DNA from: Microcoleus sp.
GTDB lineage: Bacteria > Cyanobacteriota > Cyanobacteriia > Cyanobacteriales > Microcoleaceae
Length of the DNA: 64,000 nt
Direction: 5' to 3'
NCBI GenBank assembly: GCA_042408215.1
Contig: JAYFMW010000003.1
Span: forward strand, 128,001-192,000
The notes under the pieces were generated by a model. It saw nothing but the letters and a program-made list of their open reading frames with translations. It was not told where the DNA came from and made no database searches. Made by a program: the position numbers and the translations under genes. Positions 21,223 to 32,207 of the stretch are shown here, one piece after another (the first letter of the stretch is position 1; each line of letters begins with the position of its first letter).

Positions 21223-23940
21223 ATGCCACCCTCCGTAAATACCGAATCTACAGCGGTTCAATTTAACCAACAAGCAGAAATCTATTTATCCCAAGGGCAA
21301 TTAGAGGAAGCCATCGCCTCCTGCGAGCAAGCTTTTAAGATTCACCCCAATTTTGCACCAGCTTACAAGACTTTGGGCAACGCCCTGCAAACTCAAGGCC
21401 GGATGGAAGAGGCGCGGCACTGGTACGCTAAAGCTATTGAAATTGCACCGAATTTTGCGGAAGTATACGCGAATTTGGGCAGCATTAGCGCTCAGCAGCA
21501 AAAGTGGTCGGAGGCGATCGAATTTTATCAACGGGCGATCGCAATTAAGCCGAATTTCGCCGGAGTTTACCGGAATTTGGCAAAAGTATTTGGGGAAATT
21601 AGCAAGCCGGCAGAAGCGCAACACTGCTGGTACCAAGCATTTTCTTTGGAACCGGAAAAAGCAAAACCGTCAGAACATTTGAGCATGGGTGATGCTTTTT
21701 TGCGGCAGGAAAAGTTTACCGAGGCGATCGCCTGTTACGATCGAGCAATTAAGTTTGACCCGAATTTGGCGACGGCTTACCAAAATTTGGGGGAAGCGCT
21801 GAAAAAACAAGGCAAATTAGACGAAGCGACAGCATATTATCGCAAGGCGATCGAACTCAACGCAATTCATGCTAGAAATGGTAGCGAGGGACAGCAGACT
21901 TTGGCCGGTGCAAATGGGACAAATGGTGCTGTTAAGCAACAGCCAGTAGCAACCGCAGTTAAGCCACAAGTTAAGCCACAAGTTAAGCCCCAAGTTAAGC
22001 CCCAAGTTCAGCGCCAAGTTCAGCCCCAAGTTAATACTGGAATTAGTACAGAAGACCCAGAAGCATATAAAATACTGGCAGAAGGCTATTTTGCTCAGGG
22101 GAAATTGGAACAGGCAATTTCTGCTTGCAAAAAAGCGCTACAACTTAAGCCGGAAGCGCCTCTATATAAAATGTTGGGTAATGCCTTGCAAGCTGGGGGC
22201 AAAATAGATGAAGCCAAAACTTGCTATGTTAAAGCAATAGAAATTAATCCGAATTTTGCTGAAGCTTATGCTAATTATGGTAGCATTTGTGTGCAGCAGG
22301 AACAGTGGCAGCAAGCGGTTTCTGCCTACGAAAAGGCGATCGCCCTGAAGCCAGATTTCGCCGGTGCTTTCCGCAATTTTGCGAAACTTTTGACGCAGTT
22401 AGGGAAGTCGGAGGAGGCGGCTGAGGCTTGGTATCGGGCTTTTGCGATCGATCCTAAGTCTGGCACCGCTGAGGATTTGGAAAATTTAGCTAAGAATTTG
22501 ATCGAGCAAGGTAAGGTAAATCAAGGAATTGATTGTTACCGGCGCGCGGTTGAATTGAACCCAAATGCAGGTGCTGCTTGTCACGAATTGGGGGAAATTC
22601 TTAAGGGTCAAGAACAGTGGGAAGCGGCGGTAGATGCTTACAGGAATGCGATTAGAATTAATCCCGATCTTTCTTGGTCGCACAACAATTTAGCTGAGTG
22701 TTTGGTTAAGTTGGAACGGTGGGAAGAAGCTGTAAATGCTTACAGGAAAGCAATCGAATTAAATCCTGATTTTAGCTGGTCTCACAACAATTTAGCCGAT
22801 GTGTTGTTGAAGTTGGAACGGTGGGATGAGGCGGTAGAACCATACAGGAAAGCAACTGAATTAAATCCTGATTTTAGTTGGTCTCACAACTATTTGGCGG
22901 ATGCGCTGGTGAAGTTGGAACGGTGGGATGAGGCGATTGCGGCTTACCAAAGGTCGATCGAACTGAATCCAGACCATTTTTGGGCGCACAACAATCTTGC
23001 GGAAGCGCTGGTGAATTTGGAACGCTGGGATGAGGCTGTGGCTGCGTATCAGCGGGCCAATGAAATCAACCCGGATTTCTTCTGGTCCCAAAGCAAGTTG
23101 GGCGATGTGCTGTTGGAAATGGAACGGTGGGAGGATGCGGTTGCAGTTTATAGGCGGGCGGCCCAGTTGAATCGCGATTTTGCGTGGACTTATTACAACA
23201 TGGGGACGGCTTTTGGGGAGCTGGAACGGTGGGATGAGTCGATCGCCTCTTACCGCTCTGCTGCCGAAATTCAGCCGGATTTGCCGTGGCTGTCGCAGAA
23301 GTTGGCTGATGCTTTGAGGATGCGATCGCAGTGGGATTTGCAGGATGCGATGGGTTTGTATCGAAGGGCGATCGGGGATAACCCGGATGATGTGCAACTT
23401 TATCATAAGGCTTTGGAGATTTCGCCGAATGATGCGGGGCTTTATGTTGAGTTGGGGAATGCTTTGGGAAGGAAGGGTTGGGTTGATGGTGCGATCGTCT
23501 TTTATCAGATGGCGTTGCAGATTCGGCCTGACTGCGGGGAGGCGCAATTGCAGTTGGGGATGCTTTTCGCGCAAAAGAATGATATAGAGCGGGCGATCGC
23601 TTGTTATCGCCGTGCTATTGAGGGCAATCCTGAGAAGTATGAGGCTTATCACCTATTGGGCGATGTTCTGGCAAGGCAGGGTCAGCGGGAAGAAGCGATC
23701 GCTCTTTACCGCCGCGCTATTGAATTGAATCCAAACTACAGTTGGTCTTCTCATTGTATGGGGGAAAACCTAATAGTACAAGGTTTTCTGGATGAGGCGA
23801 TCGAGATGTTCCGGCGAGCCATTGAATTGAACCCAAACTGCCCTGCGACCTACAATAATTTAGGCGATGCTTTGGCTAAACAGGGTAAAGTAGATGAAGC
23901 TAGTGCTGCTTACCGTCGAGCTGTTGAGCTTGAAACCTAA
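21223..23940 (+). CDS. Large TPR-repeat protein with a (VKPQ)n linker
   Basis: Many A..Y.KAIELNP.F TPR units; 12-bp repeats at ~21958-22032. Confidence 0.92.
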   Translation: MPPSVNTESTAVQFNQQAEIYLSQGQLEEAIASCEQAFKIHPNFAPAYKTLGNALQTQGRMEEARHWYAKAIEIAPNFAEVYANLGSISAQQQKWSEAIEFYQRAIAIKPNFAGVYRNLAKVFGEISKPAEAQHCWYQAFSLEPEKAKPSEHLSMGDAFLRQEKFTEAIACYDRAIKFDPNLATAYQNLGEALKKQGKLDEATAYYRKAIELNAIHARNGSEGQQTLAGANGTNGAVKQQPVATAVKPQVKPQVKPQVKPQVQRQVQPQVNTGISTEDPEAYKILAEGYFAQGKLEQAISACKKALQLKPEAPLYKMLGNALQAGGKIDEAKTCYVKAIEINPNFAEAYANYGSICVQQEQWQQAVSAYEKAIALKPDFAGAFRNFAKLLTQLGKSEEAAEAWYRAFAIDPKSGTAEDLENLAKNLIEQGKVNQGIDCYRRAVELNPNAGAACHELGEILKGQEQWEAAVDAYRNAIRINPDLSWSHNNLAECLVKLERWEEAVNAYRKAIELNPDFSWSHNNLADVLLKLERWDEAVEPYRKATELNPDFSWSHNYLADALVKLERWDEAIAAYQRSIELNPDHFWAHNNLAEALVNLERWDEAVAAYQRANEINPDFFWSQSKLGDVLLEMERWEDAVAVYRRAAQLNRDFAWTYYNMGTAFGELERWDESIASYRSAAEIQPDLPWLSQKLADALRMRSQWDLQDAMGLYRRAIGDNPDDVQLYHKALEISPNDAGLYVELGNALGRKGWVDGAIVFYQMALQIRPDCGEAQLQLGMLFAQKNDIERAIACYRRAIEGNPEKYEAYHLLGDVLARQGQREEAIALYRRAIELNPNYSWSSHCMGENLIVQGFLDEAIEMFRRAIELNPNCPATYNNLGDALAKQGKVDEASAAYRRAVELET

Positions 23941-24072
23941 ATTTTCTGAGGTTCAAAAATTTAGTTCCTTTGAGAACAAACACCTCTAAATGTAGCTTGA
24001 AGGAGAAACACTGCTTTGTACCTTGTTATGACGAAAATATTTGAATTGTTGAGCCGGAGCAAGTGAAAAAAT

Positions 24073-25035
24073 ATGCCTAACGATCTTACTGCTGGAACCA
24101 TTCAATCCCGCATTCTTCAATACGCTTCCCTCAAACATGAGTTGAAAACAGACAGTCCTCAGCAACATAAATTAACAACTTTAAATGTTGTTCTTTCTGA
24201 CGCCGAAGGAACGGTAAAAATAGCAATCAAGGAGGAGCTTGAACCCAACAGTTTATTTCCTCCCACAGTAGATGAGACTTTTTTTGAAGTAGAAACTTCT
24301 GCTTTAGAGTCTGTACTGGTAGGGATTCCCAAAATCGATGCGATTAACTTAGACGCGAAAGGTGCTGCACCTTTAATTTTCCATGAAATGCAAAATATTC
24401 TCAAACAAAATCCTCAAATAACTATGTATATAGTTTTTAACTCTACGGATTTCGACCGCAGCGGAAGTTCTTCAAAAAACTTTATTTATGAGCTTTTAAA
24501 AAGCGGTTTTTCGCTCGCGACAATGAACAGTAGAGGAAAAGTTACAGGAATTTCAGAAGCGGAATTACTCGGCAGCGCTACAGTAAAATTAGTTTGCCGT
24601 AAAATCAGGAAATCAAGTCAACGTCAACAGTTAGTTTCGGCTATACAACAACCCGTAAATTATGATTTCTCTTCTCACCAACAAAATCACAATCAAGCAA
24701 TTGATGCAGTAGATAATACCGACATTGAGGAAATAGTTAGCCAGAACCTAACTACCCTTGAACCGACAGCATCAAACAAAGGAACAATTAAAGCTGCGAA
24801 GTTAACAGCGAATACAGACAAATTTAACCTAGCCCTTACTTTGTCAGGAATAACTCCTCAAAAAGAAACATTAAAAACTCAGGAGACCGAGTTAGAAACA
24901 CAAAAAAATGCAAGGATGCAAGAGGAGCAAGAACAGTATTTATACCAACCAGGTGTTGCCGATAAAAGTTTTGATGAGATCGTGGAAGACATCAAAAAAA
25001 GCGGATATAAAGTAGTAGCTTCAGGTATAGGTTAA
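24073..25035 (+). CDS. Hypothetical protein with a degenerate FkbM-like segment
   Basis: IDAINLDAKGAAPLIF resembles the FkbM IDxIKIDxEGAE motif. Confidence 0.45.
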   Translation: MPNDLTAGTIQSRILQYASLKHELKTDSPQQHKLTTLNVVLSDAEGTVKIAIKEELEPNSLFPPTVDETFFEVETSALESVLVGIPKIDAINLDAKGAAPLIFHEMQNILKQNPQITMYIVFNSTDFDRSGSSSKNFIYELLKSGFSLATMNSRGKVTGISEAELLGSATVKLVCRKIRKSSQRQQLVSAIQQPVNYDFSSHQQNHNQAIDAVDNTDIEEIVSQNLTTLEPTASNKGTIKAAKLTANTDKFNLALTLSGITPQKETLKTQETELETQKNARMQEEQEQYLYQPGVADKSFDEIVEDIKKSGYKVVASGIG

Positions 25036-25040
25036 TAATT

Positions 25041-27434
25041 ATGAAGATTGCTATCCTTGCTCCTAGTGCTGTTCCGTTTCGGATTGGGGGTGCTGAAAAC
25101 CTCTGGTGGGGACTGCTGAACCACATAAACCAGCACACTGCACACCAAGCCGATCTAATCAAATTGCCCAGCCCTGAGAGTAATTTCGACGAACTTATCG
25201 ATAATTACTGGCATTTTTCGCAGTTGGATCTGAGCCACTTTGATTTAGTTATTTCTGGCAAATACCCGTCTTGGATGGTTCAGCATCCCAACCACATCTG
25301 CTATATGCTGCACAAGTTGCGGGGCTTGTACGACACTTATCCGGCAAGCTGGCCAGAAACATACACGACTGATAATCGGGAAATTTCTGCTTTACAGAAA
25401 TTCATGCAAAAAAACACTGGTTCCAGGGATTCGCTGAGCGAGTTTTATCAAAAAATTAATCAGCTTCGTTCTTGTCGGGAGTATTTGCCAGCCGATGCTT
25501 TCCAGTTTCCAGGCCCGCTAATCCGCGAGATAGTTCATTACTTAGATAGTATCGGATTGGCACCGAGTGCTGTCAAGAAATATGCTGCGATCGCTCGCAA
25601 TGTTGCTAACCGTAAAGATTATTTTCCTATAGGCTGCCCCGCAGAAGCTATTTATCCGCCTCCCATCCTCAAAAATCTGCGTGCAGGCAAAAGTGATTAT
25701 CTCTTTACAGCGAGTCGGCTGGAGTATGGCAGCAAGCGAATCGGTGTATTAATAGAAGCAATGAAATATGTCAAAACTGATATTCAATTTAAAATTGCCG
25801 GCACAGGCGATGAACTGAATTATCTTAAAGAACTGGCAGGAGACGATCGGAGAATTATTTTTCTAGGTTTTGTTAACGATCGCGAACTTGAAGAACTCTA
25901 TGCTGATGCTTTTGCTGTGCTTTATGTTCCCTATGATGAAGATTACGGGTTAATTACCGTAGAGGCAATGATGAGCAGCAAGCCTGTGATTACTGCTGCT
26001 GATTCAGGAGGACCGAACGAGTTTGTCCGTAATGAAGAAACGGGATATTCAGTGCCTCTCGACCCCAAAATAATTGCTGAACGTATTGATTATTTGTGCG
26101 AATATCCCGATGCAGCACAGCGGATGGGAATGGCCGGCAAGAAATTGGTTGAGGACATTACGTGGGAAAATGCTGTTGCCCGCTTGCTGGGCGAGACTGT
26201 TCGCTACACCGCGAATACAGCAGTACAAAAACGCAAGAAAATTACTGTAGCTTTGACTTATCCAATTTTCCCCCCAAGCGGCGGAGGTCAAAGTCGAGTA
26301 TTTCACCTTTATCGGCATTTGGCTAAGAAATTTGACGTTGAATTAGTCACGTTTACTGATAGTGGAGAGGCATTTCAAGGCGAAATTGCTCCCGGAGTTT
26401 GGGAAACCAGAATCCCCCAATCACCGCAGCATTTAGAAGCAGAAGCATCTATCAGGTCGAGGACAGGGGTACTGCAAATTACAGATGTAGTTATGCCTCA
26501 GCTATACCGTTTGACACCTGCTTATGTGGAAGCTCTCAGGAAAGCAGCAAGTGATTCAGATTTGATTGTGGCTTGCAATTCCTATCTTTTGCCTGCAATT
26601 CAAGAAGTATGCGATCGCCCTATTTGGTATGAAGCCCATGACGTGCAAGTGGATGTCAAGAAAAATATTTTTGCAGCTTATGAAAAAGGAGGCGAACTTT
26701 TAGAAGCTGCTCGCAAAGTTGAAAGTGAATGCTGCCAAGTCAGCGATTTAATTGTGGTATGTTGCTACAATGATGCTGTGCGGCTGAAAGAAATCTACGG
26801 CACTGACTTAAATAAGTTTGTTGAAGTTCCTAACGGAGTAGACTTAGATGCGGTTAGCTATGTTTCGCCAGCCAAGCGGATTTTTCAGAAAAAACAGCTC
26901 GGCTTGCAGGGGAGTTTTACAGCATTATTTATTGGCAGTTGGCACGCTCCGAATGTAGAGGCTGTCCGCTATATATTAAATGCCGCCGCGAGAATGCCGG
27001 AGGTTAATTTCTTAATTGTTGGGAATGTTTGTTGGGCTTTTTCTGGAGAACAGCTTCCCTTGAATGTTAGCTTTATGGGATTGGTGAATGATGAGATCAA
27101 AAATGTTGTTTTGGGAGTAGCTGACGCGGCATTGAATCCAGTGGTATCCGGGTCTGGGACTAACTTGAAGATGCTGGATTACTTGGCCGCCGGGATTCCG
27201 ATTATTACTACTCCTTTCGGAGCGAGGGGTTTGGGTCTTGAGGATGGAAAGCACTGCATTATAGCCGAAATCGAGCATTTTTATGAGGCAATCTCCAATC
27301 TAAAAGAGGAAGATATTTCCGTCACAAGCAGCAGGATTGAGAATGCTAGACAATATGTTGAACAAAAGTTTGACTGGGCAGTGATAGCTAATAATTTTCT
27401 CGAATACCTCAAACACCTGCGGATAGAAAATTAA
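25041..27434 (+). CDS. Two-domain GT4 (GT-B) glycosyltransferase
   Basis: GGAE...EDYGLITVEAM; second module GGGQSR...PNGVD...GTNLKMLDYLAAG. Confidence 0.9.
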   Translation: MKIAILAPSAVPFRIGGAENLWWGLLNHINQHTAHQADLIKLPSPESNFDELIDNYWHFSQLDLSHFDLVISGKYPSWMVQHPNHICYMLHKLRGLYDTYPASWPETYTTDNREISALQKFMQKNTGSRDSLSEFYQKINQLRSCREYLPADAFQFPGPLIREIVHYLDSIGLAPSAVKKYAAIARNVANRKDYFPIGCPAEAIYPPPILKNLRAGKSDYLFTASRLEYGSKRIGVLIEAMKYVKTDIQFKIAGTGDELNYLKELAGDDRRIIFLGFVNDRELEELYADAFAVLYVPYDEDYGLITVEAMMSSKPVITAADSGGPNEFVRNEETGYSVPLDPKIIAERIDYLCEYPDAAQRMGMAGKKLVEDITWENAVARLLGETVRYTANTAVQKRKKITVALTYPIFPPSGGGQSRVFHLYRHLAKKFDVELVTFTDSGEAFQGEIAPGVWETRIPQSPQHLEAEASIRSRTGVLQITDVVMPQLYRLTPAYVEALRKAASDSDLIVACNSYLLPAIQEVCDRPIWYEAHDVQVDVKKNIFAAYEKGGELLEAARKVESECCQVSDLIVVCCYNDAVRLKEIYGTDLNKFVEVPNGVDLDAVSYVSPAKRIFQKKQLGLQGSFTALFIGSWHAPNVEAVRYILNAAARMPEVNFLIVGNVCWAFSGEQLPLNVSFMGLVNDEIKNVVLGVADAALNPVVSGSGTNLKMLDYLAAGIPIITTPFGARGLGLEDGKHCIIAEIEHFYEAISNLKEEDISVTSSRIENARQYVEQKFDWAVIANNFLEYLKHLRIEN

Positions 27435-27849
27435 ATCGAGGATCGGGGCTTACCTTTACATCATGGATTGCTAACAAACCTGGGGTGATTCATGGAAATA
27501 GGGAGGCTTGTGTTAGTAATGCTCAAAAATATTGGAGAGAGAGTCGATAAAACATTGTGCTGCCATTCTTCATGTCTTTGGAGTATATTGTTGATGATGA
27601 GGCGAGTACCTCTCATGCACCTAATCGTAACTATAGCAATCCTAAATGAGTCGTAAAGTTTTTTACCCCACCCCAACCCTCCCCTTAGTAAGGGGAGGGA
27701 GTAAAAAATTCACAAATGATTTAGGATTGCTATATCATTGTGATTGGAAATTCGCCTATCGGGAAGCCATGAAAATCCTAAGACAGTTACGAAAAAAGGG
27801 GGAGAGACAGTTACCTACTTCTTGAAAACTCAAGCAAGATTAATGTTAA

Positions 27850-29148
27850 TTATTTAATCTTGGACTGGGGGGAAGCAAGTTTCTGGTAGCGATCTAGTTC
27901 CATCTGCACTTGATGTGCTGTCTTCTTCCAAGCTTGAGCTTGGGATTCAAAGTAATTTGCTTGAGCTTTAAAGTAATCTTTGGAGCTATAAAATTTGTTT
28001 GTTGTCCACATATTCATAATATGTTCTAGGCGGCTTCTAACTTTTTTGCTGATCGTCTGCGGACTCAATAAAGACTTCAACTCGCTAGCTGCTCTTGCAC
28101 CTACTTCCTGGGCTTGCGGATAATTGTGAAAGACGTAGTACATGAGAGCAGCAGCGTGTTCGATATCAGCTTCCGCCCAAGTGCTCCCTCTTTTGTAAGG
28201 CCCCTGCTCTTCTACAAGCGTCACCAAATCGTATTTAACTAAAAAACTATTGCCGACATTCATAAATTCCATATTAGACGAGTAAGCCGTGGCAATTACT
28301 GGCTTGCCGTAAAACATAGCTTCAGCCATTGTCAGCCCGAAACCTTCAGCCCGATGCAGTGACACATAGCAGTCTGAATTGTAAATTAAGGCATTCACTT
28401 CTTCCTTCATCAAATGTCCCTCTATCAGGTGAACTGACGGATAGTGTGCAACTAACTCCTTAAATTTATCTCGCTGATGAGGATAGTGTTCCGAGTTAGA
28501 AAACTTTATAACCAGCAAAACATCGTTATTTGACTCGCCGAAAGCTTGGATAAATGCCTGAACTACTCCTTCGGGATTTTTTCTTTCAAAGGTGCTCAGA
28601 GAGTCAAACATAAAAAGAAAAATAAACTTATCTGTAGGCAAGCCTAAAGCTTCTTTTCCCAAAGAAGGCTGGGGCAGATCGAGGCTAGGCATGATCTTGA
28701 TCACGGGGATAGGCGATACCGCGGCGATCGCTTCTGCCGAGTGATTGCTGTAAGTCCATATCTCGTCAAAGAAATCGAAAGCAAACCGCCACTCTGGGGG
28801 AAATGTCGGCAGTTCCCAAGCCCAACATCCAATATTGTAGCGATTTTGAAAATAACTTTTACCAAAAGCATCAATAAATGTACCCAGCGACTCGGCATTC
28901 ACGTTGACCAAGTTAATTGCATAGGGGTTTTCAGCCGCAAAATCTTCCTCGTAGCTGGTATCTAAGTTCCGGTGCCACTGGACATTCAGGCTATTAACTG
29001 TGTAGGGAATCCCCGCAGCTTTGATGGATCTAATATTCGCTCTGACACCTTCCCCAAGCCCAAACTCACCTTTGACAAAACCGCCTATATTAACTCCAAA
29101 ATTAGAGTTTAATGTTTCCTTGTTCATAGCACATCTCCCGTTATTCAT
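27850..29148 (-). CDS. GT4 glycosyltransferase with C-terminal coiled coil
   Basis: WAWEL, RKNP, SLHRAEGFGLTMAEAM. Confidence 0.9.
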   Translation of the reverse strand: MNNGRCAMNKETLNSNFGVNIGGFVKGEFGLGEGVRANIRSIKAAGIPYTVNSLNVQWHRNLDTSYEEDFAAENPYAINLVNVNAESLGTFIDAFGKSYFQNRYNIGCWAWELPTFPPEWRFAFDFFDEIWTYSNHSAEAIAAVSPIPVIKIMPSLDLPQPSLGKEALGLPTDKFIFLFMFDSLSTFERKNPEGVVQAFIQAFGESNNDVLLVIKFSNSEHYPHQRDKFKELVAHYPSVHLIEGHLMKEEVNALIYNSDCYVSLHRAEGFGLTMAEAMFYGKPVIATAYSSNMEFMNVGNSFLVKYDLVTLVEEQGPYKRGSTWAEADIEHAAALMYYVFHNYPQAQEVGARAASELKSLLSPQTISKKVRSRLEHIMNMWTTNKFYSSKDYFKAQANYFESQAQAWKKTAHQVQMELDRYQKLASPQSKIK

Positions 29149-29220
29149 AATTTAACTCACTCACGATCGAGTGCGGTCTTGCGGTAGGCAAGTCAACAGC
29201 AGCAGCGGTTGCTTAAAATT

Positions 29221-29682
29221 CTATCTTTGCCGAGCCAGAGCTTGCTCTAGCTCCTTTTGAAGCTGGTGTGCCATCTGTCTAACAGCCAGATATTTGGATT
29301 GCAGCCAATCTTTTTCTGCCTGAACTTCCTGCATCAAAGTTTGATACCGCTTCAATTCCTCCTGAGTCTTGCTTAGTTGCTCTTGCACTCCCTGCAATTG
29401 CTCAATTTTCCCTTGCATCAATTGTACAAAAGCGTGAGATTCCTCTAACTCTTCCTCAGAAGTGTGAAGTTGAGCAGCAAGCGTTGAAACCAGGAAAATA
29501 AAGTCAGGGGACTGTTCTAATTCTTCTGCTGTTTGGATTTCTGGCTGAGATTTCTCTAATTCTCCTGCAAACAGAGGGGTAGGCTCTGCATTTAAGTTTA
29601 AGTGAAAATCGAACATATTCTTCCACTCTGTCATTTTTAGTTTCTCGCTTGCGCCAAATAGGTATTTTAATTTTTGCCTCAA
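29221..29682 (-). CDS. Coiled-coil hypothetical protein, possibly a gene fragment
   Basis: QLHTSEEELEES motif shared with the neighbouring repeat protein. Confidence 0.4.
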   Translation of the reverse strand: MRQKLKYLFGASEKLKMTEWKNMFDFHLNLNAEPTPLFAGELEKSQPEIQTAEELEQSPDFIFLVSTLAAQLHTSEEELEESHAFVQLMQGKIEQLQGVQEQLSKTQEELKRYQTLMQEVQAEKDWLQSKYLAVRQMAHQLQKELEQALARQR

Positions 29683-29806
29683 CTTATCAAAAAGATTTCA
29701 GCAATGTGTGAACCGGATACTAGAACCTGCCAATCGAATTTCTCTCCATACCAGAGCGAGAAAGCGGTTGATTTAGAATCAAACTTCTCAGAGACTTGCA
29801 CGACAT

Positions 29807-32185
29807 TCAAATTTTAAATGAGTTTGCCTTGGTAATGAGGCGGCGCATTAATTGTTTCCACTCTTCTGAATTCGTCAAGGCATGGCTGTCAAGCTGCCCA
29901 CCTTTCTCCGAGGAAAAAGTGCTAAAACTCTCTAACCAATTACTTACTGTTTCAGTTCGCGATAAAGACGTAAATTTCAAAGATTCCTGCAAGCACTCCC
30001 GCATTTTTTTCAAATCGCCGCTGCGATATGCATACCATCCCTCCCACACTAATAGTCTGTAATGCATTTGACCGTTTCCATTTGCCTGATTAGCAACAGC
30101 TTGTTGATATTCTGCTCGCTGCAATTCCCAGTGAATCCGCTCCCCTTGAGATTGAGACCGTTCTAATTCCCCCTGAGTTTGGTGCAGTTGAGTCGGAGAC
30201 TGTTCCAATTCCCCCTGAGTTTGGTGCAGTTGAGATTGAGACTGTTCCAATTCCCCCTGAGTTTGGTGCAGTTGAGATTGAGACTGTTCCAATTCCCCCT
30301 GAGTTTGGTGCAGTTGAGATTGAGACTGTTCCAATTCCCCCTGAGTTTGGTGCAGTTGAGATTGAGACTGTTCCAATTCCCCCTGAGTTTGGTGCAGTTG
30401 AGATTGAGACTGTTCCAATTCCCCCTGAGTTTGGTGCAGTTGAGATTGAGACTGTTCCAATTCCCCCTGAGTTTGGTGCAGTTGAGATTGAGACTGTTCC
30501 AATTCCCCCTGAGTTTGGTGCAGTTGAGATTGAGACTGTTCCAATTCCCCCTGAGTTTGGTGCAGTTGAGATTGAGACTGTTCCAATTCCCCCTGAGTTT
30601 GGTGCAGTTGAGATTGAGACTGTTCCAATTCCCCCTGAGTTTGGTGCAGTTGAGATTGAGACTGTTCCAATTCCCCCTGAGTTTGGTGCAGTTGAGATTG
30701 AGACTGTTCCAATTCCCCCTGAGTTTGGTGCAGTTGAGATTGAGACTGTTCCAATTCCCCCTGAGTTTGGTGCAGTTGCGACTGCAACTGTTCGGACTCC
30801 ATTTGAGAGGCGTGCAATTGGGACTGAGATTGCTCCAGTGCTCCCTCTAAGGTGTGCAGTTGCGACTGCAACTGTTCGGACTCCATTTGAGATGCGTGCA
30901 ATTGCGACTGAGATTGCTCCAGTGCTTCCTCTGAGGCGTGCAATTGAGACTGCAACTGTTCGGACTCCATTTGAGATGCGTGCAATTGCGACTGAGATTG
31001 CTCCAGTGCTTCCTCTGAGGCGTGCAATTGAGACTGCAACTGTTCGGACTCCATTTGAGATGCGTGCAATTGCGACTGAGATTGCTCCAGTGCTTCCTCT
31101 GAGGCGTGCAATTGAGACTGCAACTGTTCGGACTCCATTTGAGATGCGTGCAATTGCGACTGAGATTGCTCCAGTGCTTCCTCTGAGGCGTGCAATTGAG
31201 ACTGCAACTGTTCGGACTCCATTTGAATCTGTTGTAACTGCGATTGCAGTGGCTCCGGTTCCTTTTTATTCTGATACATTTCCTCGATGGATTGTTGTTT
31301 TGTCATAAAGTATTTGAGGCGATTTCGATAACTATCGAATATGGGTTTAATATCTGGACGATCGTCAAAAGTGATTTTTTGACCCTCGGCAACAACATCA
31401 GGACGATCGGGAGAGTATTTACTAAAATGGAAAAACTTCAGGGGAACTCCATTCACCCAGTAGCGACCATCTTTATATTCAAAAAAACGATTGGATAAAT
31501 CCCAATATCCCGCATTCAGACCCGGAGATCTACTGATGTAGACATTTAATCCCAAAGTAGGCAAGAAGTCAAGCCAGCGCTGGTCTACGAACATTCCTTC
31601 CTCTGGTTTCCAATAGCAAAAGTTCGCCAACCTATTTTTCCACCATTGGATAAATTGTTGCGAGTCAGGATGTCGTGATAACCCGATAAAACCGGCGTTA
31701 TAAATTCCATGTCTAGCTACATTCAGCTCTTGATTACCAATGTAGTCACTAGGAGAGTTGAGCAAGTGGGGAGTGATAATAATCGGGTGAGAATTCAGCT
31801 TGTCCCAAACCTCATCATTTAATGAGCTATAGATGTAGATATCAGAATCAAACCAACAAACTTTATCATATTCATACTTTTCAAAAACATATTCAAGTAT
31901 AACTGGTTTTAAGGAATTACATAGTTCAAACACACTGTATTGTGACAGCCTTATATTCCAATCTGGAATATCCAAATCTTCTACAAAAATTGGCGTAAAC
32001 CGCTCTAGGGAAGGTTCAATGTATTCTTCAGCTTTATCTAGTAAAAGAACAAATACTTTCCCCTCTGGGTGATGCTCTAAAAAAGATTCTGTCAAGCAAC
32101 GAGCTTGAGCTAAATAGGATCTAGTGGCTATAGTACAGATGACAGGTGTATCGTTCATAGTAGTTTTAAATTTTCCTATAGTCAA
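29807..32185 (-). CDS. GT-A (GT8-like) glycosyltransferase with a long Gln-rich repeat coiled coil
   Basis: CTIA..YLAQAR, ELCNSLKP, WFDSD (DXD), GIYNAGF, DQRWLD, FFHFS. Confidence 0.8.
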   Translation of the reverse strand: MTIGKFKTTMNDTPVICTIATRSYLAQARCLTESFLEHHPEGKVFVLLLDKAEEYIEPSLERFTPIFVEDLDIPDWNIRLSQYSVFELCNSLKPVILEYVFEKYEYDKVCWFDSDIYIYSSLNDEVWDKLNSHPIIITPHLLNSPSDYIGNQELNVARHGIYNAGFIGLSRHPDSQQFIQWWKNRLANFCYWKPEEGMFVDQRWLDFLPTLGLNVYISRSPGLNAGYWDLSNRFFEYKDGRYWVNGVPLKFFHFSKYSPDRPDVVAEGQKITFDDRPDIKPIFDSYRNRLKYFMTKQQSIEEMYQNKKEPEPLQSQLQQIQMESEQLQSQLHASEEALEQSQSQLHASQMESEQLQSQLHASEEALEQSQSQLHASQMESEQLQSQLHASEEALEQSQSQLHASQMESEQLQSQLHASEEALEQSQSQLHASQMESEQLQSQLHTLEGALEQSQSQLHASQMESEQLQSQLHQTQGELEQSQSQLHQTQGELEQSQSQLHQTQGELEQSQSQLHQTQGELEQSQSQLHQTQGELEQSQSQLHQTQGELEQSQSQLHQTQGELEQSQSQLHQTQGELEQSQSQLHQTQGELEQSQSQLHQTQGELEQSQSQLHQTQGELEQSQSQLHQTQGELEQSQSQLHQTQGELEQSQSQLHQTQGELEQSPTQLHQTQGELERSQSQGERIHWELQRAEYQQAVANQANGNGQMHYRLLVWEGWYAYRSGDLKKMRECLQESLKFTSLSRTETVSNWLESFSTFSSEKGGQLDSHALTNSEEWKQLMRRLITKANSFKI
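30168..31250 (-). repeat. Coding tandem repeats: 42-bp units (QSQLHQTQGELEQS) and 84-bp units
   Basis: Near-identical nucleotide repeats seen directly. Confidence 0.95.
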
Positions 32186-32207
32186 TTTTTCGAGATTTAT
32201 GAATACC

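Noticed and set aside
30179..31308. Plus-strand repeat ORFs (223 and 156 aa)
   Set aside because: Antisense shadows of the coding repeats in the minus-strand glycosyltransferase.
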